From positions 84,444,001 to 84,508,000 of the forward strand of contig NC_059431.1 in NCBI RefSeq assembly GCF_021028975.2: a stretch of 64,000 bases of DNA, read 5' to 3'. The notes under the pieces were generated by a model, which was not told where the DNA came from, did no database searches, and saw only the letters and a list, made by a program, of their open reading frames with translations. Shown here piece by piece: positions 11,372 through 23,919 of the stretch. Numbering within the stretch: position 1 is the first letter of the stretch; every line of letters begins with the position of its first letter. This stretch comes from Sphaerodactylus townsendi. Lineage: Eukaryota. A program made the translations under genes and the position numbers.

Positions 11372-13049
11372 TATGTAAAGCACAATGGACACAAATAGCC
11401 AAAGGAAAATCCCATGAATCACAGTGGGAGATCTAAGTACATGCTTAACTCTCTCCCACTGAAATCTAGGACAACGAGCAGCGACCAGCTCTGGCTAGAT
11501 TGCATCCATTGTTTTGAACTTTGTTGAACTTTACTGTTTCTGTGAAGTGGTGAACTAAAACTTGTCCCCTCACATACAATTTATTTCCCCCCTACAATTT
11601 CTTATCTCCCACTCAACTGGAATGGGAAAAAGTGTGTCCACTAATATAGCAAGACACCAAAACGTTTTGCTTCAGACCACAGGATGAGAGCAATTTGCTG
11701 ACTCCAGCAGAGTAACAACAGTACTACACCATCCAAAGGAGGTGAATGGTTTAATGGAACTGGTACAAGCTCACACCAGTGAATTTGCTCATCTAGCCAG
11801 CATATTTGGCAAATGTGCTATCAGGGTGGACAAACTGGAAGGCAGGCAGAGCTCTGCAACGCCCAATCGGGAAGGGAGGCTGGCCATTCCAAGCTGCGCT
11901 GGCATCCAATCAAATGCCAAAGAAGGGGGGAGGAAAGGCATTCCCAGGCATGGAACCAACGGGGGGAGGGGGGGAGAGAGCAAAAGTGGATGCAGAGCAA
12001 GTGTGTGCCAAAGCAAGTATTCCTTATGCTGGCACAAGGGCAAATGCACCTACAAGGGGTCAAACACGCCGGCAGCGTGGTGTCACATGACTCCACAGTA
12101 CACAGACACTAAGCTGCTGCTGCGCCAGCGCTCCTCCACCACTGGAGCCCATGCCTAAAGGAGCAGGGGTGTTCCAAGGGGATTCCTGGGGATGGAGGCA
12201 ACTTTAGTCAGCCTTCAATGGGCTTTCAGTCCAGGACGGTTTCCTATGCCTGCTGGCAACTTGCACCACAAAACCAGCAGGCGTAGCCATTGAAAAGGAA
12301 TGGAAGTTGGGGGTTTGGGAATTTCTGTGGTTCTGCTTCTCCTCTGCATCTCTCTAAACTTCTTTGGAGGCAGCGTGGCTGCACCACAAAAGCGCCATCC
12401 TCAGCCAACAAGAAACTGCCCCCCTTCCCCAAGGACTGCACTGTAAATAATAGAAGAAAACCATGTAAATACATGATGAAAATGTCTGCTTCGACCAACT
12501 TTTATTGGTACTGGCTCTATTGGGTTTTAGAGAAAGGTCTTTCCTAAACACCTCCTACCTGAGATCCTTTAATTAGCAATGTTGGGGGTTGAATGTGGCA
12601 CTTCCTGCATGCACAGTATGCACGGGTCCATCGATTCTCAATCTCTCTCCAGGACACCTGGTTTGCAGCTGCATTTCTCTTACGAGTTGTTCCCACCCCC
12701 AAAACATGAAGAAAGTAATTACCAGCAAACCAAAAAAGAAAAAAAGATGCAAGTAGCTGGTGACAGCCTTGTTGTCATGTACAGCCTCTACATGTTTTAC
12801 TACTAAACCTGCATCGGAGGGATCAGAGTTGGTTTTGCTGAACCATTCCACAGCAATAACGTTCTATCAGCAGAAAGTACTCTAATTTCCATGATTCAGC
12901 TTTAGTAGCAAAATGCGCAGGGGCTGTACATGGCAATAAGGCAGTCACCAGCCACCTTGCATCTTTTCTTCCTTTTCTGGTTTGCTGACTCATTGCTTGG
13001 TGCAGCCTTGTTTTCTTTTCTTATGGAAAGTAGGTATCAGCAATCTTAC

Positions 13050-13189
13050 CTGTGTGCCACACTCCCCTCTTGAATCTCCTGCACAAATATGCCCAGTTCA
13101 CCTCTGTATTCACTCTTCAGGCCCACGACACTAAAGCCTAGGCCACCACTTGGAGGTTTCACAAGCTCTATAGTTTCAATAAGGCGCCC
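13050..13189 (-). CDS. MPDZ: MPDZ exon 5 (140 nt; first half of PDZ1)
   Basis: gctaacag|GGGCGC...CACAG|gtaag. Encodes GRLIETIELVKPPSGGLGFSVVGLKSEYRGELGIFVQEIQEGSVAH. Not in the ORF track; translated by hand. Confidence 0.97.
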
Positions 13190-13869
13190 CTGTTAGCAAA
13201 CACAATGAGTAAGAAAGCAGCACTTTGAAATACATTCAGATGCAACCCTAGGGAAGTGACTGACAAATTCATGCATGTTCAATGAAACTCCTTAAGGTAT
13301 AACAGGTTATGCAGAGATCGTTACAGTCTATAATTTGAATGTCACATTTCCTGGTTATCTTTCTACAGAAAACCCACAGCAAGAAGACTGACTCGAAATA
13401 TGATGTTAGAACAGGATATGGAAAAAAATGGAAGAAATAAATAACACATAAAACGAGCAGATGCAGACTAATAAACAGGTCTTGCATCATCATGGCTTGG
13501 TGAATGGGGTGTCCCATGGACTCACAGACACCTCTTTCCCTCTTGTACAGGTGTTTTCCCCCTCCCTTTACTTTTCAGAGAAAGTAATGGCTAGCTTTAC
13601 CCCTGTACCCTCATTGTGGCTGACAACAGATTTTGCCAAATCAAAATTGCCATTATGGTTAGATGCAGATTTGCCACTTGTGGTTTAGACTATCTACAGT
13701 TACCATTAACACCAATACAGACGTAATACTAATCACAAAAGGGAGAAGAAGGGAAACAGGAGCATGCAAACCCATGGGACAATGTCAATCACCTTATGGA
13801 TGAGCAATCACAGTTAAGCACCAGGGCATAATGCCAAACAATGAATTAATTTAAGGTACAACATCTTAC

Positions 13870-14088
13870 CTGTGCCATATTTCTGATCAATAATTCAAAT
13901 TCGTCACTAGAGGACTTCCCATTAATCTGAGGGGTGGTAGACCGTGCAGCAACTCCTGGCCCACTAGAAAGGTTGCCGTTCTGCTGAGCCAACAAATGGG
14001 ATTCATTATGGAGTGAAGCACCCACAACAGTACTACGATGGGAAAGCTGCAGTTCACCAGACGAGGGTACTGGAGATGCAATGTTTAC
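13870..14088 (-). CDS. MPDZ: MPDZ exon 4 (219 nt; L27-PDZ1 linker)
   Basis: aaattag|GTAAAC...GCACAG|gtaag. The open frame VNIASPVPSSGELQ...PQINGKSSSDEFELLIRNMAQ aligns with mammalian VNIAT...HINGKPACDEFDQLIKNMAQ. Confidence 0.93.
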
Positions 14089-17000
14089 CTAATTTTTTGG
14101 TGAAATGTTGTTGTATTTTAATTGGGAAGCAAAGAAGAACAAACAATCATCAACTCCTCCAAACTGCAGATTGTAGAATCACTGCATAATAAAATACGGT
14201 ACAGAGTAGTGACATGGGTATTAATTGCAGATGCAGCAGATTCCACAGGCACCATGCAGATAAGAGCTCCTGTCTGTGAAAGGCTTCCCATGTCTGTTCA
14301 ATATTAGGGTCAGTTCAGCCACTGGACAAGCAGAAACTCAAGCATGCACTCCTTTGTGAACATCCTCTCTGTTTACTTTTATGCTTAGTAGGAAGAAAAA
14401 ACAGGAAATGATCCAGTCAGGTTAAAGTATTTTAATTCCAACTGATTTAAATTGGAAAGTTAAACATGAGCTTGAAAAAATTCCCAAAGAAATCAAAGGG
14501 TCTTACAGGTACTTAACTAGGGTTGGACTGTATGCAGGACTAGTGAAATGTAGTATCACAAAAGCCGACATCAGAAGTTACAAATGAGCAAGAGGGAAAG
14601 GTCATTTCACAACAGCCTGGGGGTTCTTTTGGTCTCACTCTCCAACAGCGAAAGGATACCAGGCAAGATGGCTTAATGGTCTCTTAAGCAGATTAAGAGC
14701 TGCCTTTCTTGGTATGGAAAATAAAGACAAGGCTTCACTAGTTTAACAAATCACAGCCCCTGAAGACCAATTAAGTAATGTCTCTCCTTTTTGTTAGGAA
14801 ATAACACAGAAATTCTCCCAGCTCAAACACAGAAATTGTTTCAACAAGAAGAAATCTCTTTTCCTGCACTTTCAAAAGCCTACAGAAAAAGAAGAGGTAT
14901 TTAGCATCCTGGTAAGACTATAGATCAGTCATAGAAAAGAATGAAAACAAAATCTTAAATTTTACAAGTCTAAAGGATTGCAAGACTTGTAGGACATTTT
15001 AAAAGACATTAGTATAGCAGAATACTGATATATTATCGACTACTAGCCTGTCCATAGTAATTGATAGTGGCACTCCACTCTAATGATCTTTATTTTTAAA
15101 GCTAATTAAAGAAATTGAGTTGCATGTTCAAAGGGGATTAGCCTAATGTAAAAAGACTATGTCAGACAAAGTGACTTCTGGCTCCTGCTCACAAATTGCA
15201 GGGCACGAAAGAGGGCAATAAAACCAGCCCAAACAAAAAAATTGAGTTTAATTGTCTTTTATATATGTATGAAAAATATGTCAGCACTGAATACCCATAA
15301 TGTATATATTTGGCAATGATGAGTAACTGAAGATATGTAAAAAGTCATGTAAAAAGCATCATCTCATAGTGTATCATGTCTATTCAGTTGTTTTTTTCTA
15401 CAGGATACGATTGTGTTTTAAATCCATACTACTACTATTACCTAATTCTGCAGCAAGCATTGTAAGGAAGGGTGAGGAGAAGGTGGACTTGTACAAGGCT
15501 ATTCCATGAGCTCTATAAACCATACAGGGATTTGAACTAGTCAATAATGTCTTGCTGTTTTCTTGCTGCACTATTACTGAACAGGCAGAAACTGAATACG
15601 TGAAGCTTCCTTCTGCTGAGAGATGCAACATAACAAGAGGTGACCTGCTAGTTAACTTCTCAGTTAAAGGTACACAGGCTCCTCTCAATGCCCTCCCCAC
15701 TAAGAAAAAGTCTAATTCTTCTTCACCAACACACAGACCCTTAGTGGCAATAGAGCTGCTTATTTGTGCTGTATTGCTCGCATATGTGTACATAAGGACC
15801 ATGAGAGAAGAGATGGTCATCAAGTGGAAAGAAGGGAAGAAAACAATGAAGAAAGAACCTTTTGCATTGCCTATCCATGGGGCTGATGTATTTATCCATC
15901 TAATTCAGTGACATGGAATCACATCAAGGGAAGCAGGGGCCTGCATTGGGACTCACAGGAGCTGAAAATATACCCCAAAATACCTTATCAGTATTTCTGA
16001 GTACATTCACACCTTCTCAAATATATCTGGGATTTTTCAGGAAACTGAGGTCTATTGTGCACTTATGTGCTTTAGAAGTCTGTTTGTTTTCATTTGCTGA
16101 GCAGCATTTTTTGTCTGTTGAGCACTGCTGCGGTTCTCCACCACTTTTCTTAATTCTTCTGTGGGGCAGGATTTACAAATCTGCCTTTTCTGGTTCCAAG
16201 TTTGTGCAAAATGGAGGAGTTACTCTTTTTAATATATTAGCATCAGAAGGCCATTTGGAGGTTTGCTGATCCTAGCAGGTATGATTCCTGTGGATTCCTG
16301 TACATGTATATGCCCTCTCATTTCTTCTTCCCTCTTCAGTTTCCCTCTGTCACTCCCAAAAAATGTCTTCTTGCTTCAATCCACCTGGTTTAAATGCATT
16401 TAAACACTCCATTTTGTTGACCTTTGTTGTTTCTCATAAAGTTGGTCTTGTACTTCCTGAATATGAAAAATGATTTTGTCCCACATTTGTACTATTAATA
16501 GATCTATTCATCAGAAGATCCATACCTCCATACATGAAATTTCCACTTCTTTTTACTACCAGCAGGCTGGTCATTCCCCCACTCCGCCCCTTATATGGAC
16601 AAGCTACAGCCACACATGTTTCCAGGAGACCTCCTTATTGGTTATTGGAATGTTTGGTCACTTCATATTTTCTTTAGTTAATGTTCAAAATCATTGATGG
16701 TGCAATAGCTGTATCGAATGAGAACGTAAGACTTAACTGCTGCCGCAACTGTTAAATTTTTGGTGTATTCCCTGCCTTCAAACCCCACGAGGTTTTGAGG
16801 AGGGAATTCCTCCTGGAAAAAAGGAGGACCAAGGAAGGGAAATTTCCTTCATTATTTATCCACCAGGAGAGACGAGAAGCTTACCTTAAGCCCCCAGCAG
16901 GCTAATCCACCCTCCTCCTGGTTGAAAGAAACGACAAACCTACAGTGCGGTGAGTGGAAGTAAAACCCAAGACCCGGCAACTATCCTCAACAACAACGAG

Positions 17001-17471
17001 GACTTAGAGTGAAACAATTGTGGAAGATTAAAAGTTTAAAAGGAGTGGGCATGAACATGACAAAGTAAGTTTATTAGAGAACATTGCAGAAACTTAATTG
17101 TGGTGAAACAATTAGTTTGGGAAGAAAGAAAGATACGCAGGACAACCAGTCAGTCCTATCTTTTGTCTAAACGTAAGACATTATCAGAAAAATTGGTAAC
17201 AGATTGGAGCTACTAACAAGCAGCGGACAAGAAGTGAGGCAGAAGCTGGAGAATACGCAGAAGTAAAGTGATCTTCTGTGCATGTGAGAAGAACGAATGA
17301 AGAAGCTAGAGGGAGAATGAAATAGGATCACAGCGCCACCGACAGGAAAAACTTATTAAGGGCTGCAGGTTAAAAGGAGAGAAATACAGTTTATGCGTCC
17401 AGTAAAAAGGAACAAAGTGGCAACTCTAAACAACTGTGCATAATAACAACGAAATTTAAAAGGACAGCAGG

Positions 17472-18299
17472 ATGTCCAAATTGAGGAAGCAAAGTATTCC
17501 GGATAAAGTAGAAAGATCAGAAATGGAAACAAAAATGGATCAATTATTGGATGCTATGGAAGAGATGAAGAGTGAAACAACAAACAAATTAAAGAAAGTA
17601 GAAAACAAGCTAATAGCTTTTGAAATTAACTCTAGGAAAATTGATGAAGATCTAAAATTGATGAAAGTTGATTTGAACCAATTGAAAAAGGTGGAAAAAA
17701 CGGTTAAGACTTTAGAAGAAAAAATGGAAAAGCAGGACTCTATAAATGGTAGACTGGAAGGGGAAATTAACATGCTAGAGGAGGAGACGGAAAAAATGGC
17801 CAATCTGCTTTAATGGAGTTGAGACAAAAAGGAAATATCTTCAGATTTGAAGGAGTACCAGAGGAAAAAGGAGACAATATAGAAAAGATGATCAAATACC
17901 TAGCCAAATTCATAGATACAGATGAAGATATAACTGAGGAAGACATCTCAAAGATCATAAGGGTCAACTAAAAAAAATCTGATGAAATGAAGGACAGAGA
18001 TATATTAATTTGCTTTACAAGATTGCAAACTGGAGGTGAAATTCTAAAAAAGAACTCCAAAGGAAAGATGAAAATTGATTAAAAGTAATTATTTTAAAGG
18101 AAATCCCAAACTGGATATTAAATAGAAGAACTACAGCTTCCTGACTAACTTCTTAAAAGACAAAGATATTATCTATAGATGTGAAGATGCCAAAGATTTG
18201 CAACTTAAATACAAAACTAAATTTTATAGACTTCTTTCTATTCCCCAAGTGCAAACCATTTTTGAAAAAGTTAAGAAGGACTTTGAGGGAGAGTATTAA
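17472..18299 (+). pseudogene. L1 ORF1 (coiled coil + RRM + CTD), disrupted by frameshifts and stops
   Basis: Heptad-rich N-terminus, then after a frameshift LMELRQKGNIFRFEGVPEEKG (L1 ORF1 'LRxxGxPE' motif) and ...IILKEIP. Confidence 0.8.
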
Positions 18300-18382
18300 C
18301 TCGGTATACCACTTCAAGTAAGTTCCAGCCACTCTTGTTTGTTTTTTCTTACTTCTTATGTATTTTGTATATTTGTATTACT

Positions 18383-18820
18383 ATGACTATAAAGTTTATT
18401 TCTTGGAATGTTAATGGACTTAACTCTCCAGAGAAAAGAAGAAAAATCTTTCATTATTTAGGTAAAAATGCTTTTGATAGAATATGACTGCAAGAAACGC
18501 ATGTAAGGGGGGAAGATATCGGATTAATACAAAACTAAAAATTAGGAGTAAATTTTATTTCTGCGATTGCAAATAAAAATAAAAGTTGGATTAATGTATA
18601 TGACATTATAAAAGAAATTTTGAACTTATAATTTATGTTTAAACCTAAAATATTTCTATTGAATGTAATTGAATTTAAGTTAGAAAAGAATGTTGAAATT
18701 TTACTTTTATACATGATAGTGGCGGCGAGGATACAATTTGCCAAAAAATGGAAAACGTCCTCAGCTCCCTCCATAGAAGACTGGTTAACACAACTAACTG
18801 AAAATTGCTACTTACAATAA
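18383..18820 (+). pseudogene. L1 ORF2 remnant: endonuclease N-terminus fused in frame to the C-terminal domain
   Basis: MTIKFISWNVNGLNSPEKRRKIF...LQETH (APE endonuclease) runs directly into ...YMIVAARIQFAKKWKTSSAPSIEDW. It has three internal stops and no RT domain. Confidence 0.85.
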
Positions 18821-18938
18821 ATTGTCAAATTTATTGGAACATAATTTGATAGAAAAATTCTTAGATGTATGGCAACCAACGTTAAATACTTACAACGAAA
18901 AGAAGAATACAAGAAATTGTTTTTATATCTGCAATGTT

Positions 18939-18974
18939 GGATGGATGGATGGGTGGGTGGGTGGGTGGGTGGAT
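18939..18974 (+). repeat. (GGAT)3(GGGT)5 microsatellite
   Basis: Read directly from the sequence. Confidence 0.95.
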
Positions 18975-19071
18975 AAAAGAAATTTGTAATTAAGTTATAT
19001 AGTTCTAAATGTACAGTCTCAAAGCTAAGAGGAAGTCACTTTGGTTATTTTCTAACTTTCTTTTTATCTTA

Positions 19072-19586
19072 GGCCGTTTCCGCACGGGCGGAATATGGCG
19101 GCCTGGGGACGGCAAAAACGCCGTCCCCAGGCCACCATTCGCACAGGGGGCACAGCTGCTTTGCAGCCACGCCGCCCTCGTGCTGCCCACCCGGCGCCAA
19201 GCCAGCGTTTTCAGAGTGCGCTGGGAAGCGCACTTTTCTGAAAAGGCCGGCTGGAAGCCGCTGCCGTGCGAACGGCAGCAGCTTCCCGGCGCCCCCCCCC
19301 CACTCCCTGCCTTCACTCATCTGCTCTCCGGACCTCCAGCGCATCGCCGGGGCCTGGGGACACGCCCCCCTGCTCTGCGACATGGAAGCAGGCGCACAGG
19401 GTAGGGGAGGCATGTCCCCAGGTCCCGGCGACGCACCGGAGAGCAGGTGAGTCGACCGGGCGACGGCACCCAGCGGCGCCGTCTTCCCGGTTCTTTCTGG
19501 GACCGTCCATGCAGACGGTCCCAGCGTCATCGGGTCGGCGTCAGAAACACCGACCCAAGCCCTTCCACCTCCGTGCAGAAAGGGCC
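19072..19586. mobile_element. GC-rich Harbinger-like MITE (515 bp) nested in the L1 3'UTR
   Basis: TTA|GGCCGTTTCCGCAC ... GTGCAGAAAGGGCC|TTA. Confidence 0.85.
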
Positions 19587-21283
19587 TTAGTTTTTTAGGC
19601 TTCTATCTCTATTTTCTTTTTTTTACTTTCTTCTTTTCTTCTCCATCCTTCCCCCCCCTTTTTCCCTCTTTCCTCTTTTCTTATTGCTTTTGCTCTTTCT
19701 TCGGGATACTCCTCCCTTTTATTTTTATTTTTCATTTTATCCGCTTATTATCTTTTTTTCCCAGTAAAACTCACTTATATTAGTTTTAATACAGAGATAG
19801 TGCAATTAAGTTTAAGGAGTATAAAACAATGTATCTGAATATTCGAATGTAAAAATACAGATGTACTCTTTTTCTTTTTTTACTTATAAGAATGATGGCA
19901 AGATCTCTGTATTTATATTTCTTTTATACACTGTATCTGTCTTTTGAAATTAAAATTTTTAAAAAATGGTACAATAGCTGAGGCACCTCTTGACCTCTCC
20001 AAGCAGCAATCCTCATGTATATATTGTAGCCAACATGTAACAGTACACCCCTTGGGTGAACCACATCCCCTGCCGCCACCATCCCCAGCCCTCCCACTGT
20101 ATTTCCTGAGGGGGCAACATGGTCCTAACTGTAGACTGCTGGGCAAGTAAAATGAACGAGGGGGGACAACATGGTTCTATTCTATTCACCTCTTTCCCAT
20201 TCAGGTTTGGTGTAGGCATATACAAGATAAAATAATTAATCTTGTTTTAATTTTTCTATCTACTTCTGCAAGCATATATCTCACGCCGGCCATAACAGAG
20301 GGGCCAACCTGATGCGATGTCAAGGAGTAGAAAAAAAAATTAAAATGAAGAACATGTAAATGCCTACATCAAATCCGAATGGAAAAGAGGTGGACATAAT
20401 AGAACAGTGTTTGTTCCCCACTACCCCCACCAGCCAAGCCTTGTACATTTGACATTTGCCCAGTGATCTATCAGTAGTCACTCGAAGCAGTAGTTAAGGG
20501 GGGGGGGAAATAAAAGAACCCCTGAAAATTGGTATACTAGCAAAATGGAGGTTGCAGAGGAATGATGACAGGGAGGGAACCAATCAGCAGAATGGAAGGA
20601 AAGGGGAAAAGGTGGGTGGGGAACTTCAAAGAAGGCTTAGTACAATGGGTTCTACTTTGCTTTCCCTGCAAAGGGGAAAAAGGCAAGATTTTCCCCACAC
20701 TTAGAAAATGCAGGGATTCTCTTATAAGAAGCGCAACTTGAATCAGTTGCATAACTGAAAATATAACTCGAAGATGTATATGAGGAGACATTCATTGTGC
20801 ATTTGACCTGAAAAAAATGGTCTGAAAAATACCAAAAATATTTGGGATTTACCAAGCTGATTGGGAGTTAGTGTTTGAAGGTTCCAGGGACTGGTTTTTT
20901 TGTTTTACTTTTCTTTTTTTCCCTCCCTTTAATTTTGCATCTCAAGGGAGTACTATGGGTTTGCTAGGCTGCTTCTGTCAGTTCAGATGTCTTGATAAAG
21001 ACCACAGACCTTCAGTTGCCTGTAAAAGCTAAATAAGAGCAGCATGATGTCCTGTTCAGATTTAAGCCACACAGAAAGGAGAAAGCTGGTTTCACTCTTT
21101 AACTTCCACATGTTCTGGTGCTGGATTCACCCAACCTTGCATAATTAGTACCCCATTTTTGGGCCTTCCACACTTGACTGTATGTTAAGCATGAAAGGAA
21201 GTCTATGATTTTAGACCAGTCTTTCAAAGTAGAATGCTGAATGAATAATGCAAGAAGTCAGTGCTAGTTCTCGTAGCCAGAAC

Positions 21284-23919
21284 TAGAGCTGTGCATTCAG
21301 ATAAGCCAAACTGAACATAAAGCAAAATAAAGCATCTGTTCTGGCATTTTTCAGGTGTTCTCCACCCACCATCCAGCTAGCTGGATAAAGCTGAAAATCC
21401 AAAGAAAACCCATTTTGACTTTTTTCAGCTATTTAGTTTTTCCCTGGCCCTTATAAGAAGATGGGGGAGGGGGTGTCAAATTCTTTGTTTAAAAGCCCAC
21501 TCACAAGGCTGATGATTGGGGCTTTAAATTTTAACTCCTGCTGTCCAAAAAAAAAACTTACCTTGGAGGAAGGGGGAGAGATATCTGGAAAGGACAGATA
21601 GGAGTACAGATAAAATAGCTCATAGGAGCTTTCCAGTTTGGCCAGTGGATGCAATGTCCGCTCACAGAACAATTGTGCACCATGTCCAACTCTAAGGGTG
21701 CATCATAATCCAAAAGGCTCATGAGACCTTGGCTGCAATTCTGAAGCCAGCTGAAGGATGTTCACACTTGTTTCCAGCACTGAGTGCACTGGTCCAGAGG
21801 CTGCAAGATGGTGTGGCATCCCACGCTGAACCTCTCATTCAGCAGAAAGTTTACATGTTGGTCAACATCTGTGACCTGCACATCAAGGTCACGATCGCCA
21901 AACAGGTCAAAGAACTTGGGTGCTGGTTAAATGAGTTCTCCTAGCATGTCCAGTGTTTGTAAACCCAAAGAGACACATTTCCAGGAAAAGGAGGTGGTGG
22001 TTCATGAGAGAGCATTCAGTGCTGCAAGTCCACAGATCCACTGAACATCTGTCTCTTGAAGGAGTTGGTCTAGCCCAGGGGTAGGGAACCTGTGGCTCTC
22101 CAGATGTTCAGGAACTACAATTCCCATCAGCCCCTACCAGCATGGCCAATTGGCCATGCTGACAGAGGCTGATGGGAATTGTAGTTCCTGAACATCTGGA
22201 GAGCCGCAGGTTCCCTACCCCTGGTCTAGCCAGACCTTTCTCTTGTGACCTGAAGGATCATCTCTTGTCTTTCAAAGAGCATGCAGAATGAGTGTGTTTT
22301 TTGTCTCATCAGATCAACATTCCAAACCCACATCACATTATTCTGGAATGCTGAGCAGTTGCTCTTCCTCAAGGTCAATATGGCTCTATTCAACTACCCA
22401 GTTCTGGACTTTGCAGTTCACTGAAATGAGACTGTGCTTGTGCCTGCATCATCTCAGAGTCTGTCTTGGGCAGTTGGGACAAAATGCTCTTTCCAAAATA
22501 AACAGGTCAGAAGAAAGATGTGGCAGGACAGTCTGTCAATTTGACTGGCAATCCCCTCCCCAATCCTTGATGCTATTCCAAATCCACTTGCACCCAAAAG
22601 CCTCCACCAAACCTACAGCTGTGTGGCACAATGGGGTGTTGGAGATGATGCTTGGTTGACTTTCTTCTTGGTCTACTCCAAACCAAAATTACATGTTGAG
22701 CATAATGCATCTGCACCAAAACTGTTCTCATCTTGTCAAAGATTAAAGGGACACAATAGCATAGGGACCAGTGTGTCAAAGCAAAACTCATAGGAATACC
22801 ATAAATAATGACGTTCATCAAGATGTGTTTCTACCGTTCTTTTTTGCAGAGATGGGAGGCGGAGAAAGGTGAGCCTGTGATGAAAGACAGCTGCAGCATC
22901 AAAGATTCAACATTTGAGGCTGTGATAATGTGCAAGACAGCAGAGAGAGGAGGATCAGAGTGAACAGTGAACCCCCTCCCTCTCACTTTCTGAGGTCTTC
23001 CTTCCTAGGGAAAATGATGTATCTTTATTACTGGAGTGCCTGGGTTTTGTTGGGCACCTGTGCATTCGGCTGGCCTGTGGCTTTATTGGGTCTGGTAAAA
23101 GTGCCCCCACACCTTCAGCTACTTGGCACTGAATGGTTGGACATGGATTCTGTTGGGTTTGTGCTGTCAGAATGGGTCTGGGATCTGCTGGGCCCCTGAG
23201 CATTGAACTGGCTTGCAGCTTGGTCTGAGTTGGCAAAAATGCCCCCTGTTTTAATTTTCTTGTGTTATGTTTCTGTGTTATTTTGATGTTGGTTCTGTTA
23301 GACTTTATGATGCATTGAACTCCCAAGTTTTGTTAAGTTTGGGTTAGGGGTTGAAAAGCACGCCCCAGATTCCATAAATGCAATTGGAGCACAGCAGTTA
23401 CTCATATTCCCCACTTAAATCAATGCTGGGAACTTTTCCCCATGGATTCTCAGGTGTGACATTGACCATTAAAATCTATCAGGGCAGTTCTTCAAGATAA
23501 AGGGATCAAATGTGCAGTGTAGCTGCAGATGACTCTCCTTAGAATATCTGTAAAGTTTGGTAAAGTTTGGTTCAGCAGTCCAATTTTATGGGATGCCCTA
23601 ATGTTACACTGGAGTTTTTAAATGTTTCCAATGGAATATGGGGATACCCCCTTTGTAGGCGCATAACCTCCCGAAACATGGAGGTTCTTCTAAGAAGAGT
23701 CACCATAAGGTTGGTGTCTCTAAATTAAAAAACAGCCCCCCATAGCCTCAAAAAATTTCCATAGGCTTTAGTGGAGCCCAAAATTACCAGATTCCACAAA
23801 AAAGGTTTAAAACCCATTTACTGGTATGGGTATTCACTTTTTTTCAGCTGTTCTGAAATGTTTTGGATCCAATAAACCCAAACCCCAAAAATACCAGGGG
23901 GAAATGGTGCACACCCCTT
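21284..23919 (+). mobile_element. Decayed hAT DNA transposon with transposase remnants
   Basis: TIR-like ends tagagctgtgca / tgcacacccct with a partial 8-bp TSD (gccagaac/gccggact). YMLVNICDLHIK resembles the 'YxxATxLDPRFK' motif, and NECVFC...NAEQLLFLKVNM resembles the hAT C-terminal dimerisation motif. Confidence 0.65.
22076..22223. mobile_element. 148-bp palindromic hAT (Charlie-like) MITE
   Basis: CAGGGGTAGGGAACCT...AGGTTCCCTACCCCTG forms a near-perfect hairpin centred on TGGCCAATTGGCCA. Perfect 8-bp TSD GTCTAGCC. Confidence 0.92.

Larger units (their letters stand above)
16712..19965 (+). mobile_element. L1-clade LINE with 5'UTR, decayed ORF1, internally deleted ORF2, 3'UTR and A-tail
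   Basis: 15-bp TSD atggt(g/a)caatagctg at 16697-16711 and 19966-19980, plus recognisable ORF1 and ORF2 motifs. Confidence 0.88.

Noticed and set aside
17472-17813. Coiled-coil ORF as a possible nested host gene
   Set aside because: It continues through a frameshift into L1 ORF1 motifs and lies within the L1 TSDs.
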